From an uncultured Nitrososphaerota archaeon (lineage in GTDB: Archaea > Thermoproteota > EX4484-205 > JAAOZO01), in NCBI GenBank assembly GCA_964408285.1, contig CAYOYV010000014.1, positions 1 through 45,765 on the forward strand: a stretch of 45,765 nt of DNA, in the 5' to 3' direction. How positions within the stretch are numbered: the first letter of the stretch is position 1; each line of letters opens with the position of its first letter. This document shows positions 1-9,617 of this stretch, one piece after another. Both the position numbers and the translations under genes were made by a program. The notes under the pieces were generated by a model, which saw nothing but the letters and a program-made list of their open reading frames with translations, made no database searches and had not been told where the DNA came from.

Positions 1-75
1 GGCGCACTTAAACCCCATAGGAATTGCAGCATAGCTTCACAGAATAATCAAAACAAGGTAGACCTGAACTAGCAC

Positions 76-86
76 AATAATAAATA
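76..86 (+). promoter_or_regulatory. TATA-like element of tRNA-Thr gene
   Basis: AATAATAAATA about 25 nt upstream of the tRNA 5' end at 111. Confidence 0.5.
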
Positions 87-110
87 CGTCTGCGAAATCA
101 GTACTCGCAG

Positions 111-210
111 GCCCCGGTAGCCCAGTGGTGGGGCGGCAGGAATAGCCGAACCTCGTAAGCTGCAGGTCGCGAGTGGTCTCGACCCGCGAATTCGATCCTC
201 GCCCGGGGCT
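111..210 (+). tRNA. tRNA-Thr(CGU) with two non-canonical introns (140-150 at 30/31; 174-190 at 53/54)
   Basis: Acceptor GCCCCGG/CCGGGGC plus U73. Removing GAATAGCCGAA and TGGTCTCGACCCGCGAA restores anticodon arm GCAGC-CTCGTAA-GCTGC and T-arm GCGAG-TTCGATC-CTCGC. Central helices CGGC/GCCG and CGCG/CGCG carry 3-nt bulges. Confidence 0.93.
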
Positions 211-474
211 TGACCCAAGATTGCCGGTCACGAAGGACTCCCTTTTGGATGCCCGAATAAGACAGTATCTGCCCGACAAGCGAAGGTTGATCTGGAAAGG
301 CATTGGTTGCGCGAAGATTCTGTTCATTCAACGAAATGCAAACTCGTCCGATCTCGTAAGCTACAAGCCGCGTTTGCATCGACAGATTCGTGATGGGTCA
401 TTCGGAGTTTTGACTCTCGGTGATTGTTTTTATCTGAAGCAATCGAGGTATACATCTAGAGGAAGGAGGGAATA

Positions 475-1545
475 TTGCCTAGAACGATTTCGAGTATTGG
501 AGAGGAGGGCGTGATACGACTATTCAAGACGTTGTTCCCAAGAGGGAGACATATCCTAGAGAATTATGATGACGCTTGGTGCTTTCGTTCGAACGGATAC
601 TATGTGACAATTTCGACTGATATGTTGGTTTCTGGAACTGACGTTCCCCCCGGGATGACAGTGGGCCAAGCAATTAGAAAAGCGGTCGTTATGGGCATAA
701 GCGATATTGTGTCGAAGGGACATAGACCGTCTTACTATCTCATATCCCTTGGTTTGAGGCCGGACATGACGGAGCTGGCTTTACGTGAGGCATTGAGGGG
801 GGTGCACAAGGCAATCAGGGAATACGGTGGGCAATTGGTGGGAGGAGATACCAATGAGGCTGACCAGTTTATAGCCAACATAACGACCGTAGGAGCTGGT
901 AGGAACGCCCCTGTCTCGAGAAGATTCGGGAAAATCGGCGATATCATAGCTACTACCGGAGGATTTGGAGGGCCTCCTTCCGGACTCTTGGTCCTACTCG
1001 GGAAAGCAAAAAGACCTCCAACGGGTTGGCGTAGCATTTACGAGTCAGTTATGATGCCAAGAGCTCAGCTTTCGGCTGGCGTTCTATTGGCGGAAGAGGG
1101 AGTCCTATCCGGTTGCACTGATTCAAGCGACGGGATGTCAACTAGCCTCTGCAATATGGCGATTAACTCGAATCATGGCGCCTTCATAGATGAAATCCCC
1201 TTGCTTGAGGGTGTTCAAGCGTTCGCGACACTCAACAAACTGGATGCGATACAGCTTGCTTTGAATGGTGGGGAGGAATACCACTTAATACTCTCGATAC
1301 GAAGGGAGCTGTGGCAAAGAGCATTAGAAGTATCCCGTAACAACCAATTCAACATCATCAGGATAGGTCGGGTGATACCCCAAAAGGGAGTCTGGATGAT
1401 AGATGAACGCAAACGCACTGTGAGAATTAAGTCGAGGGGTTGGCAGCACTTCTCGAAAGTCCGTTATGTGGCTACTATACCTAGTTCCCGCAAACCCAAT
1501 AGATCGGAGGCCATAGACCCACCTTGCCAAATCAGAAAGCCATAA
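475..1545 (+). CDS. thiL: thiamine-monophosphate kinase
   Basis: GE..I, DDA, STDMLV, SDI..KG, GGDT, DSSDG, GGEEY.L and GWQHF motifs; TTG start after a GGAGG-like sequence. Confidence 0.92.
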   Translation: MPRTISSIGEEGVIRLFKTLFPRGRHILENYDDAWCFRSNGYYVTISTDMLVSGTDVPPGMTVGQAIRKAVVMGISDIVSKGHRPSYYLISLGLRPDMTELALREALRGVHKAIREYGGQLVGGDTNEADQFIANITTVGAGRNAPVSRRFGKIGDIIATTGGFGGPPSGLLVLLGKAKRPPTGWRSIYESVMMPRAQLSAGVLLAEEGVLSGCTDSSDGMSTSLCNMAINSNHGAFIDEIPLLEGVQAFATLNKLDAIQLALNGGEEYHLILSIRRELWQRALEVSRNNQFNIIRIGRVIPQKGVWMIDERKRTVRIKSRGWQHFSKVRYVATIPSSRKPNRSEAIDPPCQIRKP

Positions 1546-1596
1546 CCGACAAAACGGGTCCAATTCTTAAATAACTCAGAATAGTGGGTATAAGAA

Positions 1597-2598
1597 ATGC
1601 TCGACCTTGCCGTGACGGCTTTTCTCAGTCTTATTGCGACATATCTCTTCCTCAAGGAGATCGTCGTCAAGCGTTTCCCAAAATTCGGGATAGTAGGCAA
1701 CGATGTGCACAAGCCCAACACTCCAAGTCTCCCAGAGATGGGTGGGGCGGCCTTCCTATTTGGTGTCATTGTTTACGTCATAATTTTATCTATTTTGGGG
1801 CTCTTGACGCCTGAGATCACATCAATAGCACTTACGATAATGATAGCGGGTTTGGTCGGCATCATAGACGACTTCTGGAATTTGGGTAAGAGAACGAAGC
1901 CCTTGCTGACCATGCTCTCCGGTATTCCGCTGATACTTTTGGGCACGACGCAGGAATATCTGATGCTGCCCCTAGGGATATCTTTTCACGTACCGACTTT
2001 GTACAAGCTGATTGCTCCGATAGCTTTGGCAGTTACATGTAATGCCATCAACATGTTCGATCCAATGAACGGAGTTGCAACGGGAACCTCCCTCATCTCC
2101 ATATCGTTTCTTGCTTTGGCTGGAGTGGCAAGATTCATAACCACCGGAAATATCGACTTGTCTGTTTTCGCTAGGGCCAACTTTATGCTTATTCCTGGGT
2201 TATTGGTCGTCTATTACTTCAACAGGTTCCCTTCACGCGTGTTTGTAGGGGACACTGGGACCCTCTCCATGGGGGCTGCAATTGGTGCTTTATGCATGGT
2301 TTTCGGTCTGGAGGTCATGGGGGTTATCACCCTGATGCTTCCAATAACGAATGCTTTCTTCTCCCTTTTCTCCCTCGGAAGGTTGTTTGAGAGATCCGAA
2401 TTGGAAGCCAGGCCCATAATTGTTAGAGAAGGAGGAGTGCTCGAGCCTAGTCTGGACAGAAGGGCACCGATAACGTTCACAAGAATGATGCTGCTTTTGG
2501 GCCATAGCCATGAACGAGAACTCATCGAAACCTACATGAGCATAGTGTTGCTGACTGCTCTTGCCGGCCTAACAGTTTCTACTTTCCTAATGGGATGA
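1597..2598 (+). CDS. polyprenyl/dolichyl-phosphate HexNAc-1-phosphate transferase (MraY/WecA/GPT family, AglH-like)
   Basis: DVHK..P..PEMGG, GIIDD, NAINMFDPMNG and F.GDTG motifs; many TM segments. Confidence 0.88.
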   Translation: MLDLAVTAFLSLIATYLFLKEIVVKRFPKFGIVGNDVHKPNTPSLPEMGGAAFLFGVIVYVIILSILGLLTPEITSIALTIMIAGLVGIIDDFWNLGKRTKPLLTMLSGIPLILLGTTQEYLMLPLGISFHVPTLYKLIAPIALAVTCNAINMFDPMNGVATGTSLISISFLALAGVARFITTGNIDLSVFARANFMLIPGLLVVYYFNRFPSRVFVGDTGTLSMGAAIGALCMVFGLEVMGVITLMLPITNAFFSLFSLGRLFERSELEARPIIVREGGVLEPSLDRRAPITFTRMMLLLGHSHERELIETYMSIVLLTALAGLTVSTFLMG

Positions 2599-2873
2599 TC
2601 GGCTCAATGGGATTGTATAGAAGCAGGCTCCTTGTGTGTATGCTTCTTGCAAACGTTCTCATACTCGTGATTGGGCCATTCGTGTTGTACTCCATTGATG
2701 TCGAACTCTATAGGTTACTGGCCCCTTACATAGGAAGACTGTTCACTACGATCGCACAGGCTATTTTCTCGATAGCAACCGTTTTGACTTGGATCTACTT
2801 CTGGAGGAAAGCTTTCATGATGCTCTTTGAGATATTGCTTCGACAGAAGAGCAAGGCTACGACACACTCCTGA
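2595..2873 (+). CDS. small membrane protein (2 TM), hypothetical
   Basis: ATGA overlap with the upstream stop; two hydrophobic segments. Confidence 0.6.
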   Translation: MIGSMGLYRSRLLVCMLLANVLILVIGPFVLYSIDVELYRLLAPYIGRLFTTIAQAIFSIATVLTWIYFWRKAFMMLFEILLRQKSKATTHS

Positions 2874-3915
2874 TTATTTTTGTCGCTATCTCCCTTGTTG
2901 GGTCTGTCATCTCACCAAGCAAGGCTGCTGATCTTTTCTCTAGTCTCGTAATCAATCCTTGGTCAAAAGTCAAGGCCATCCTAGCGAACTCTAAGTTCTC
3001 ACGAAGTGAATCCGACTTGAAGACGAGGCGCCTCCGTATTAGGTATCTTTCGACATGGTTTTCGAACTGCGACGCAGAGATAGTTGGGACGCCCAACAGT
3101 GCGGCTTCTCCCAGCATAGTGCCGCCCCCCCCACTTATGAATAGGGAAGCCGCAGACAGCAACAGAGCGCCGTCTACCACTCGTTTGGGCACGCTCACAC
3201 GCGCTCGTAGCTTCCTCTTGAGCATCTCAGATATTCCGTATCTGCCCAATATTACTACGTCGGGCTCTATGCCAAACCTTTGTTTAATCGATGCTAATAG
3301 CCTTGAAACGATATCCACTGAGACGGGTTTTTCAACGAACGCGTGCGCCGCCTTGAACTCTTCTGGCCGATAGATCAAGACTGGCGAAGGCGGTCTTTTG
3401 CACGATTTTCTAGCCACCCTATACGGCTTAATCCATGCAGCCTGATCTATGGCCCTGTATTGGATGATTTCCTTCTCTCTTATCCCAAACTTCGCCCAAT
3501 CCAATTTCGGAATTATCCAAGGGGTGAATAGCTTCTTCGACAACGGAACGGTAAGCTTGGCTACTGCTTCAGCATGTGGGCTATCGCTTACCATAAAATG
3601 AGGAATCGCCAGTCCAAATGCTGCACGCGCCGCTTCTGGAGATCCTATCGAGATCACTAAGTCTGGCTTCATCCTTCCCAATAATCTGATGTATAATTCA
3701 AGTCGTTGGCTTGAGAAAAGCACTTTTTCATATAGGGTTTGCCCAAACCTACCCAAGCTTATGGCCCTTATGTTCAATAGACTGAGCGCCCTATCAGATT
3801 CATAATATCTGCGGGTTGTGTAGACAACGTCTATTCCTCGCTCTTTCAGCCTATCTCCAAGAATAGAGAAAAAGCGGGCCTGCTTAGGAGTAAGAATGTC
3901 AATTACCGCCTTCAT
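2857..3915 (-). CDS. DUF354 family protein (predicted GT-B glycosyltransferase)
   Basis: Start placed at MKAVIDILTPKQ; SPEAARAAFGL.IP and GGGTM..EAALLGVPTIS motifs. Confidence 0.85.
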   Translation of the reverse strand: MKAVIDILTPKQARFFSILGDRLKERGIDVVYTTRRYYESDRALSLLNIRAISLGRFGQTLYEKVLFSSQRLELYIRLLGRMKPDLVISIGSPEAARAAFGLAIPHFMVSDSPHAEAVAKLTVPLSKKLFTPWIIPKLDWAKFGIREKEIIQYRAIDQAAWIKPYRVARKSCKRPPSPVLIYRPEEFKAAHAFVEKPVSVDIVSRLLASIKQRFGIEPDVVILGRYGISEMLKRKLRARVSVPKRVVDGALLLSAASLFISGGGGTMLGEAALLGVPTISASQFENHVERYLIRRRLVFKSDSLRENLEFARMALTFDQGLITRLEKRSAALLGEMTDPTREIATKIIRSVS

Positions 3916-4044
3916 CCCCCAGACATAGAACACGCCAAGAATTAAACGTAAAGAGGCCGCCGTCAACCTCGTGACGATTGCCGGAATTTGTTTCTCTGGC
4001 GAGGGAACTAGCTTTTATACAAGCGAAGGAGGAGCTTTCAGGAT

Positions 4045-4371
4045 ATGAAGTATGAGCTTCTGGACATCTTAGCGTGCCCAATGGACAAGCACTACCCGCT
4101 TGAGTTGATCGTGATTGAACAGAAATGGGAAGAGACCAAGACTAAGAAGGGAGACGTCGTTAGATGGATCGAGATAAACACCGGCGCCCTTTTATGCAAG
4201 AAATGCTACAGATGGTATCCAATAATAGAAGAGATTCCAATACTATATCCCGACGAGCTTAGGAAAAAGGAGGAGGACCTCAAATTCCTTCAGAAATACG
4301 TGACAAAGCTGCCGAGGGAGATCGTGGACGGAGGAAAGCCATTCAATCTATCTGCTGTTGGCTCTGTGTAA
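4045..4371 (+). CDS. Trm112 family methyltransferase activator
   Basis: LLDILACPMDK...L.L and G.L.C..C.RWYPI.EEIP.L.PD pattern. Confidence 0.88.
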   Translation: MKYELLDILACPMDKHYPLELIVIEQKWEETKTKKGDVVRWIEINTGALLCKKCYRWYPIIEEIPILYPDELRKKEEDLKFLQKYVTKLPREIVDGGKPFNLSAVGSV

Positions 4372-4384
4372 GATCGTTTTGACA

Positions 4385-4481
4385 TAGCCCGGGAGAGATT
4401 CGAACTCTCGTCAAGGGGTCCAAAGCCCCCGATGCTTGACCGCTACATTCGGCAGAGGGATGCTTCCTCTCCCACCGGGCT
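4385..4481 (-). tRNA. tRNA-Gln(UUG) with one 24-nt intron (4448-4471) at position 10/11
   Basis: AGCCCGGTGG[GAGAGGAAGCATCCCTCTGCCGAA]TGTAGCGGTCAAGCATCGGGGGCTTTGGACCCCTTGACGAGAGTTCGAATCTCTCCCGGGCTA. Helix CGGT/GCCG, bulges GG|G and AA|T, inner hairpin AGAGG/CCTCT. Confidence 0.92.
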
Positions 4482-4665
4482 TCCGGGCTAGTTCAAGAGC
4501 GCCTTGACCAACTAATAAACCTCTCATCTGCCAGTGGGGATAACAAGTCACCTGAGAGAGACCGCAAGCGACTTAGGATCGAACTTTTCACAGGCCTTCC
4601 TCGGATCCGATGCTCAAGCCTTACTTTGTCATCACGTTTTCGGTACCATCCCGAATAAGAGTTGC

Positions 4666-6417
4666 CTAGAGTTCCTCTAAGAAGGCTCGAATCTTGGAGA
4701 CAACACCGGTGATTTCCTCAGAATATTTGGATGACAACTCCTCGTAGGTGCTGCGCGGGATTTTCTTGTTCAGATAGTTAAAACCAATCTCCCTCAATGA
4801 TGCGTGCCTAGCTCTGAGATCCGTTTGTAGTCCCTCGAATGCACTCATTTTTGCATTATATTGAGGCGATCTCTCTCGTAGTTTCTTTGACATGGCTGCC
4901 ATCTCGGCCGTTCTCCTGTCCAAGTCACCTTTCAGATTCTCATACATACTCCTGAACTCGCGCCGACTCACTTGCCCTTCAAAGTATCTCAGTTCAAGTT
5001 CCTCTATCTGTGATTGGAGGGCAAGTTGCTTCTTAGCGACATGTACTAGATCGTCAGCCAGTGTTGTCCTCGGTTCGGCCCCTTCGGCAACGAGCGGCTC
5101 GAGTCTTTTGCTCCTGGCGTAATAAGCCCCCAATAGCACGAGGCCTGATGCGAATAGAATCATTGATGGTGTATAACCGGCCCAAAGAGGAGAGTAACTG
5201 AATGTCACCTTCAGAGGCATATCCATGATGTTCCTCGTTATGTAGCTCAGTTCACTAGAGTATGTGTCTCCCTGCTGAACGACTGCGTTGAGTTTCTTAT
5301 CCATGAACTCGACCGACATCAATTTAGCGCCGATTGGAAGCTCAACTTTCAGCGAGTAGTGTTCCGCAAAATCCGTGTAGTTTGAGGCAAGGGGGATCGT
5401 CACGGTCACGATGTCGTCAACCCTTGTGGTATAGTTTGCTAGCGGCAATCTATATGACACAAAGAAAGTGTAGTTCGTGCCATAGAACAGCCTGATCCGT
5501 GGGCTGACTTTAGCGTATGAACGGCTCGTATTTGCCACAGGGACGATTCCCGTATCTTTCAACGCTCCAATGAGGTCTCTTGAGCCGACATCATAGGCGC
5601 CAACAGGTAACAGTATTGACGGTAAGTCGCTGACCGATGCGTACTTGTCAGTGTTCACGTAGTACCCCTCTTCGACATGCAAACCAGTGAACGGATCGAA
5701 TTTCAGATTCTTTATGATGGCCGGGATTACTATGTTTGAGCTTTGTGCCTGCAATTGTAACGAGGTAGTCAGTAGCTCGGATGCATTATGAAATGATGGT
5801 TTTTGCCAGATCAAGGTATAGTTAGCGACATCAAGACGTTCAAAGAAGTTCCAACTGGCGTTCGTATTCCCCACCAACATATTAGCTGGAAGTGTAATAC
5901 TTACCGAAAAAATCTCTATTGGGAAATTGCCTTCGAGGGTCATGGGCAAGGTTATATTCCTAAGGTTGCTGCCAACAACTTCAGACCTCAGGAACATTCT
6001 ATAACTGATCGAGAAATTCACATACGCCCCTTCTGCACCAAGGACAAGAGAGTCCCTAGAAGCCGCGAGCTTTATCCCCCCTGCTTCTTTGGTTATATTG
6101 AAGGGATTTTGTTGAGCCTTCGGCAGTTCTTTGAATTCAAAAGAAGAAGGATACTCAAGGATCTGGCGCGCGTACGGATTCGGCAATCTGACGTAGAGCA
6201 CGCTCTGCTGCACCTCTTCCACAAGGGAGAATTTGGATATCGAATAATGATCAGTGTACGTGGCTACGGCGCCTTGGGTATTGATTTCGACGCTAATTAC
6301 GCGATCAAGGGTTGATATTGTTGTAGAACGTTGCGACTGAGCCAAAGGCATGGCGATGGACAAGGCTAGAAAGGTTACGAGGATCCTGCCAGGACTGAGA
6401 TATCTCGCGTATGGCAT
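4666..6417 (-). CDS. ribophorin I (RPN1/Ost1)-like type I membrane protein
   Basis: Signal peptide; beta-rich extracellular part with LP.GA.DV..RD.IG, PR..LF.G....F.V.Y.LP and LKVELP.GA motifs; single TM; helical cytoplasmic tail. Confidence 0.72.
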   Translation of the reverse strand: MPYARYLSPGRILVTFLALSIAMPLAQSQRSTTISTLDRVISVEINTQGAVATYTDHYSISKFSLVEEVQQSVLYVRLPNPYARQILEYPSSFEFKELPKAQQNPFNITKEAGGIKLAASRDSLVLGAEGAYVNFSISYRMFLRSEVVGSNLRNITLPMTLEGNFPIEIFSVSITLPANMLVGNTNASWNFFERLDVANYTLIWQKPSFHNASELLTTSLQLQAQSSNIVIPAIIKNLKFDPFTGLHVEEGYYVNTDKYASVSDLPSILLPVGAYDVGSRDLIGALKDTGIVPVANTSRSYAKVSPRIRLFYGTNYTFFVSYRLPLANYTTRVDDIVTVTIPLASNYTDFAEHYSLKVELPIGAKLMSVEFMDKKLNAVVQQGDTYSSELSYITRNIMDMPLKVTFSYSPLWAGYTPSMILFASGLVLLGAYYARSKRLEPLVAEGAEPRTTLADDLVHVAKKQLALQSQIEELELRYFEGQVSRREFRSMYENLKGDLDRRTAEMAAMSKKLRERSPQYNAKMSAFEGLQTDLRARHASLREIGFNYLNKKIPRSTYEELSSKYSEEITGVVSKIRAFLEEL

Positions 6418-6732
6418 CGCGCCTCTCCATCATAAAAAGAATATATTATGTTTTCCTTCCGCCCTGCGCCCGCGTGGATCGGAGAGACGGTGCTTGAGGG
6501 CGTGTCAGCTGGGAAGAAGATAATGCGGGCATACTCCTGGATTTCAGGAAGGCGGAGGACGAGGTACTAAGCGGAGTGGAGGCCGCGTTTGAGAATGAAG
6601 CCCAAGTGATATGCTGGTTCGTACGCCGCATTGACGTAGCATGCTGAAGGCACGAGAAGCACTTCCTATGAGCGTGAGAACGCAGAACGAGTGTCTCACG
6701 TGCGTTGGATCGGGTTGTCATATGCACGAAGC

Positions 6733-9081
6733 TCAGGGAGGTGGAGGAGGAGGTGCAAAGGTAGGGACTTCTCTCGGCTTTGCTTTTCTCCGTCGGAGAA
6801 CGAAATAGGTAGCTAGTCCAATTACTAGTACGACTACTGGTATACCTACAATGAGGTATAGGTTGAGGGACTCCGCTTTGAATTGGGAAACTCCGCTCTC
6901 AGAGCCGAAATGGTTCTCGTCTCCGGGCCAATAAGCTTTGACCTTCCAAATTCCTTCCTCAGACGCCTTTCTGGCGAAACTGAATCTCCCATCGGGAGAT
7001 GTCCTGACGGTCTGATTAAACCTGTACCCGTTTGGAAGAGTCCACATTAGAATTATCTCTGCATTGTGGACAGCAGGGCTGATAGATCCAGAGACACTAA
7101 GTGTCTGATCCGTCATGCCCGTTTCCGCATCGAATTTGCACACCAGAGTCGTCTGAACCCTCATTACTGTCAAGCTTTGAGGGCCACTTTCCGCTTCGAA
7201 GTATGTATCAGATCCCTTCCAAATGGCTCTGACGAAATAGTTCGCGGCTGGCAACTCAAGTGTCCACGAATACAAATAGTTGGATGAAATGCAAGATATA
7301 TTGGCGACATTAGACCAAGAAACCTTGTCGTTACTGAATTGTATCGTAACTGGTGCGCTGCTAGTTTCCGGATCTGAAGGAGAGATGGAGCCCGAAACCT
7401 TCGTAGTTCCCTTGTACTGGATCGAAGCTGGTTGCACATTACACGTGATTTGGCTGGGGATCATTTTGGTCTCGACAATTGCCCTGATCATCATGTCCCC
7501 AGAATAATACGGAAACGTGTCCCATTTGGTGCCATTCCATTGCCAACTTCTCCTGTCTATTGGTTCGTTCCGATCGTACCCCAAGTATGGCTTGTATTTC
7601 GTAGTCCATTCGATGCCGATATAGAAATCCCTCTTTGCCTTTGCCTGTATGTCGAACCTTGAGAGGTCAATATCGAACCATCCGCTTGAAACGGGTGTCT
7701 CCGGGAAGGGTCTTATGATGTCATTCATGTTTTGATCCATTACGTGGACATTAAATGTGGTTGGTTGGTCCAAGATGTAGAAGCGGGCCTTCAGCACTTT
7801 ACCTGAGAAAAGAGGCGTGAACTTGACTGCCCACATCTTCCCAGCCGTCTCTGATCGGTAGTAAGACGTGTCCGTTCTTCCGTCGTCGTAGCCATATTCC
7901 ATGATGTCGGCGGCACCTATCGCTCTAAGTGTTCCCTCACCAGCGGAGACAAGAATCGTCGTCGTAGAAGAGTGGGCATCGGACACGCTCACAGCACCTG
8001 AGGCTTCCCATCTGATGAACCTGTAACCGCCTTGGTAGGATACAGTGTGAATCCCGGGCTTTACAACGGGAAGATCCATCGGTAATGTGCTAGCGAATAT
8101 GTCATCGATAATCACATAACCGATATCAGAGGAAACTCCTTTTTCATGTTTCGACTCCAGTCTCAGCTTCCCTGCTTTACCAATGGCCGTTAGTCCTCCT
8201 GCGCCGGTTATCAAGAGGGTCGTATTTCGAGCAGATTTGTCCGAGACCTTGACCCCGCCGGTGGTCTCCCACCTCACGAATTCATATTCTTCGATATATA
8301 CGTCGAGAAAATCCGATTGCCAACCGCTTTCTAGCAGTGATTCCAGTTCACTTCCATATTCTATAGAGTAGTCGCGAGGGTTCGCGAGGAATTCTGAAGG
8401 CAGGGAGAAGATCTCGGCTTCGACCTTAGTGATGCCTATGTCTCTGGTTCCGCCCGTGTCCTGGGCCGAATTAAGCACTATGACATAGGCGGGCGGAATA
8501 AGGTACTCCACCTCTAATACGACATTGTTGGGGCCCCTCTCCCTCGAGTAATAGCTTCCCCTTATATTGTATCTACTGAGAACCATCGTCAATTTCCTGT
8601 CTTCATTCATCACAGTCGTTTGCGCGTCTTTTGTCACATCCCAAACATCCCAACCAACATACATGCCATGAGTCTCTCTATCTGTCGCGTTTGACTCGTA
8701 GGCAGGCTTATTCTCCCAAGTTATCGTGTCCTCTGTCCAAGAGTTGTCCTTGCAATAGTGAGCAGAAATGTATCCGCTTCCAATCATCATCCAAGTGCCT
8801 GAATAGCAAAAGAGCTTCATCGCTGCCTTGGCTATTGTCGCATTAGTGGGAAGCGATGAAAGATCGAACATGATGTATGCAAGCGTTCCGCCTTCCACGC
8901 TCATTGAACCCAGGGATCCGTAATTCCTTGACGGATAACTCGAATTGACGTACGAATCAGCCATAGCATTGAACTTTACGGTAAGCGGGCTAATCGCGTT
9001 CCTTGCTGCCAGGACTTGGTGAAACTCCAAAACCGAGACGACGATGAAAACCGACATGAATAAACATAGTGTTTTCTTCAA
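6733..9081 (-). CDS. cell-surface protein: DNRLRE/CBM96-like N-terminal domain, tandem beta repeats, Ig-like domains, C-terminal TM anchor and poly-Pro tail
   Basis: Signal peptide; ADSYVNSSYPSRNYG...FDLSSLP...W.E..ITW.N.P; repeated Y.F.RWE..G.V.VSD; two VSGSISP..Y/W.V.A.W.G Ig-like units; TM followed by RRRK and PPPPPP. Confidence 0.8.
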   Translation of the reverse strand: MKKTLCLFMSVFIVVSVLEFHQVLAARNAISPLTVKFNAMADSYVNSSYPSRNYGSLGSMSVEGGTLAYIMFDLSSLPTNATIAKAAMKLFCYSGTWMMIGSGYISAHYCKDNSWTEDTITWENKPAYESNATDRETHGMYVGWDVWDVTKDAQTTVMNEDRKLTMVLSRYNIRGSYYSRERGPNNVVLEVEYLIPPAYVIVLNSAQDTGGTRDIGITKVEAEIFSLPSEFLANPRDYSIEYGSELESLLESGWQSDFLDVYIEEYEFVRWETTGGVKVSDKSARNTTLLITGAGGLTAIGKAGKLRLESKHEKGVSSDIGYVIIDDIFASTLPMDLPVVKPGIHTVSYQGGYRFIRWEASGAVSVSDAHSSTTTILVSAGEGTLRAIGAADIMEYGYDDGRTDTSYYRSETAGKMWAVKFTPLFSGKVLKARFYILDQPTTFNVHVMDQNMNDIIRPFPETPVSSGWFDIDLSRFDIQAKAKRDFYIGIEWTTKYKPYLGYDRNEPIDRRSWQWNGTKWDTFPYYSGDMMIRAIVETKMIPSQITCNVQPASIQYKGTTKVSGSISPSDPETSSAPVTIQFSNDKVSWSNVANISCISSNYLYSWTLELPAANYFVRAIWKGSDTYFEAESGPQSLTVMRVQTTLVCKFDAETGMTDQTLSVSGSISPAVHNAEIILMWTLPNGYRFNQTVRTSPDGRFSFARKASEEGIWKVKAYWPGDENHFGSESGVSQFKAESLNLYLIVGIPVVVLVIGLATYFVLRRRKAKPREVPTFAPPPPPP

Positions 9082-9580
9082 TAGTAGAAAGGCTGTGATT
9101 CGTGTAGTGCTAATAAATTTTCTTCATCTTCAACATTAAATGCACCTAGTAGAGAAAGGCTTGGTCTTGGACGCAGGGTAACGAGGGCGTTGCAATCGGC
9201 ATCTACCGCATTGTTCGTGGCAGGTTAGCGGAATCATGGGAAAGACAAGGAATTCTTAGCTGGATGCAGCAACTCCGTCTTGCACATGCGCTTGGAAAAA
9301 GGAGATTAGAGAAAATTGAAAAATGTCTTGCCTATTACGCGCGAACCATCCTTTAGGGATCCAGACTTTCGAGAGAGATGCTAAGAGACATTCACCACTA
9401 GAGATGCGGAGGCTCATTATCACCCAGCGCTTAGAATTAGGACCTACGACGCACCAAAACGTAAGCCGCGCCAAGAGTGAGACCCGGAAGAAATCCGGCA
9501 CTTCTTAGAGGCAACCTACCAATCGGATTTTCGAAGTGCGCGCCCTTGGGTGCGGAAAGCGTTCATTTTCATTCGGATCC

Positions 9581-9595
9581 AGAAAAGTTATATTA
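9581..9595 (+). promoter_or_regulatory. BRE-TATA promoter of acyltransferase gene (likely leaderless)
   Basis: AGAAAAG-TTATATTA about 23 nt upstream of ATG 9618. Confidence 0.55.
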
Positions 9596-9617
9596 TGTTT
9601 TCTATCCTCATGCTCGC

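Noticed and set aside
37-514. ORFs overlapping tRNA-Thr, and similar shadow ORFs over other tRNAs or antisense to core genes
   Set aside because: They overlap well-supported features and show no protein motifs.
1455-1545. About 30-aa extension of ThiL after GWQHF
   Set aside because: Most simply a shifted stop codon; no motif or structure supports a function.
4570-4636. Possible C/D box sRNA on the minus strand (GTGATGA...TTGA...CTAA)
   Set aside because: No canonical CTGA D box at the expected spacing and no target I could verify.
6446-6727. 93-aa minus-strand ORF and short plus-strand fragments
   Set aside because: No motifs or convincing start signals; at most gene debris.
8283-8362. 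In-frame insert in the surface-protein repeat flanked by an 8-nt direct repeat (CATATTCT), considered as a second mRNA intron
   Set aside because: No BHB-like pairing found; the repeat is explained by two EY codon pairs and the frame is intact.
9082-9580. 500-nt intergenic stretch with short ORFs
   Set aside because: Divergent promoter region; the ORFs lack recognisable features and I found no stable RNA structure.
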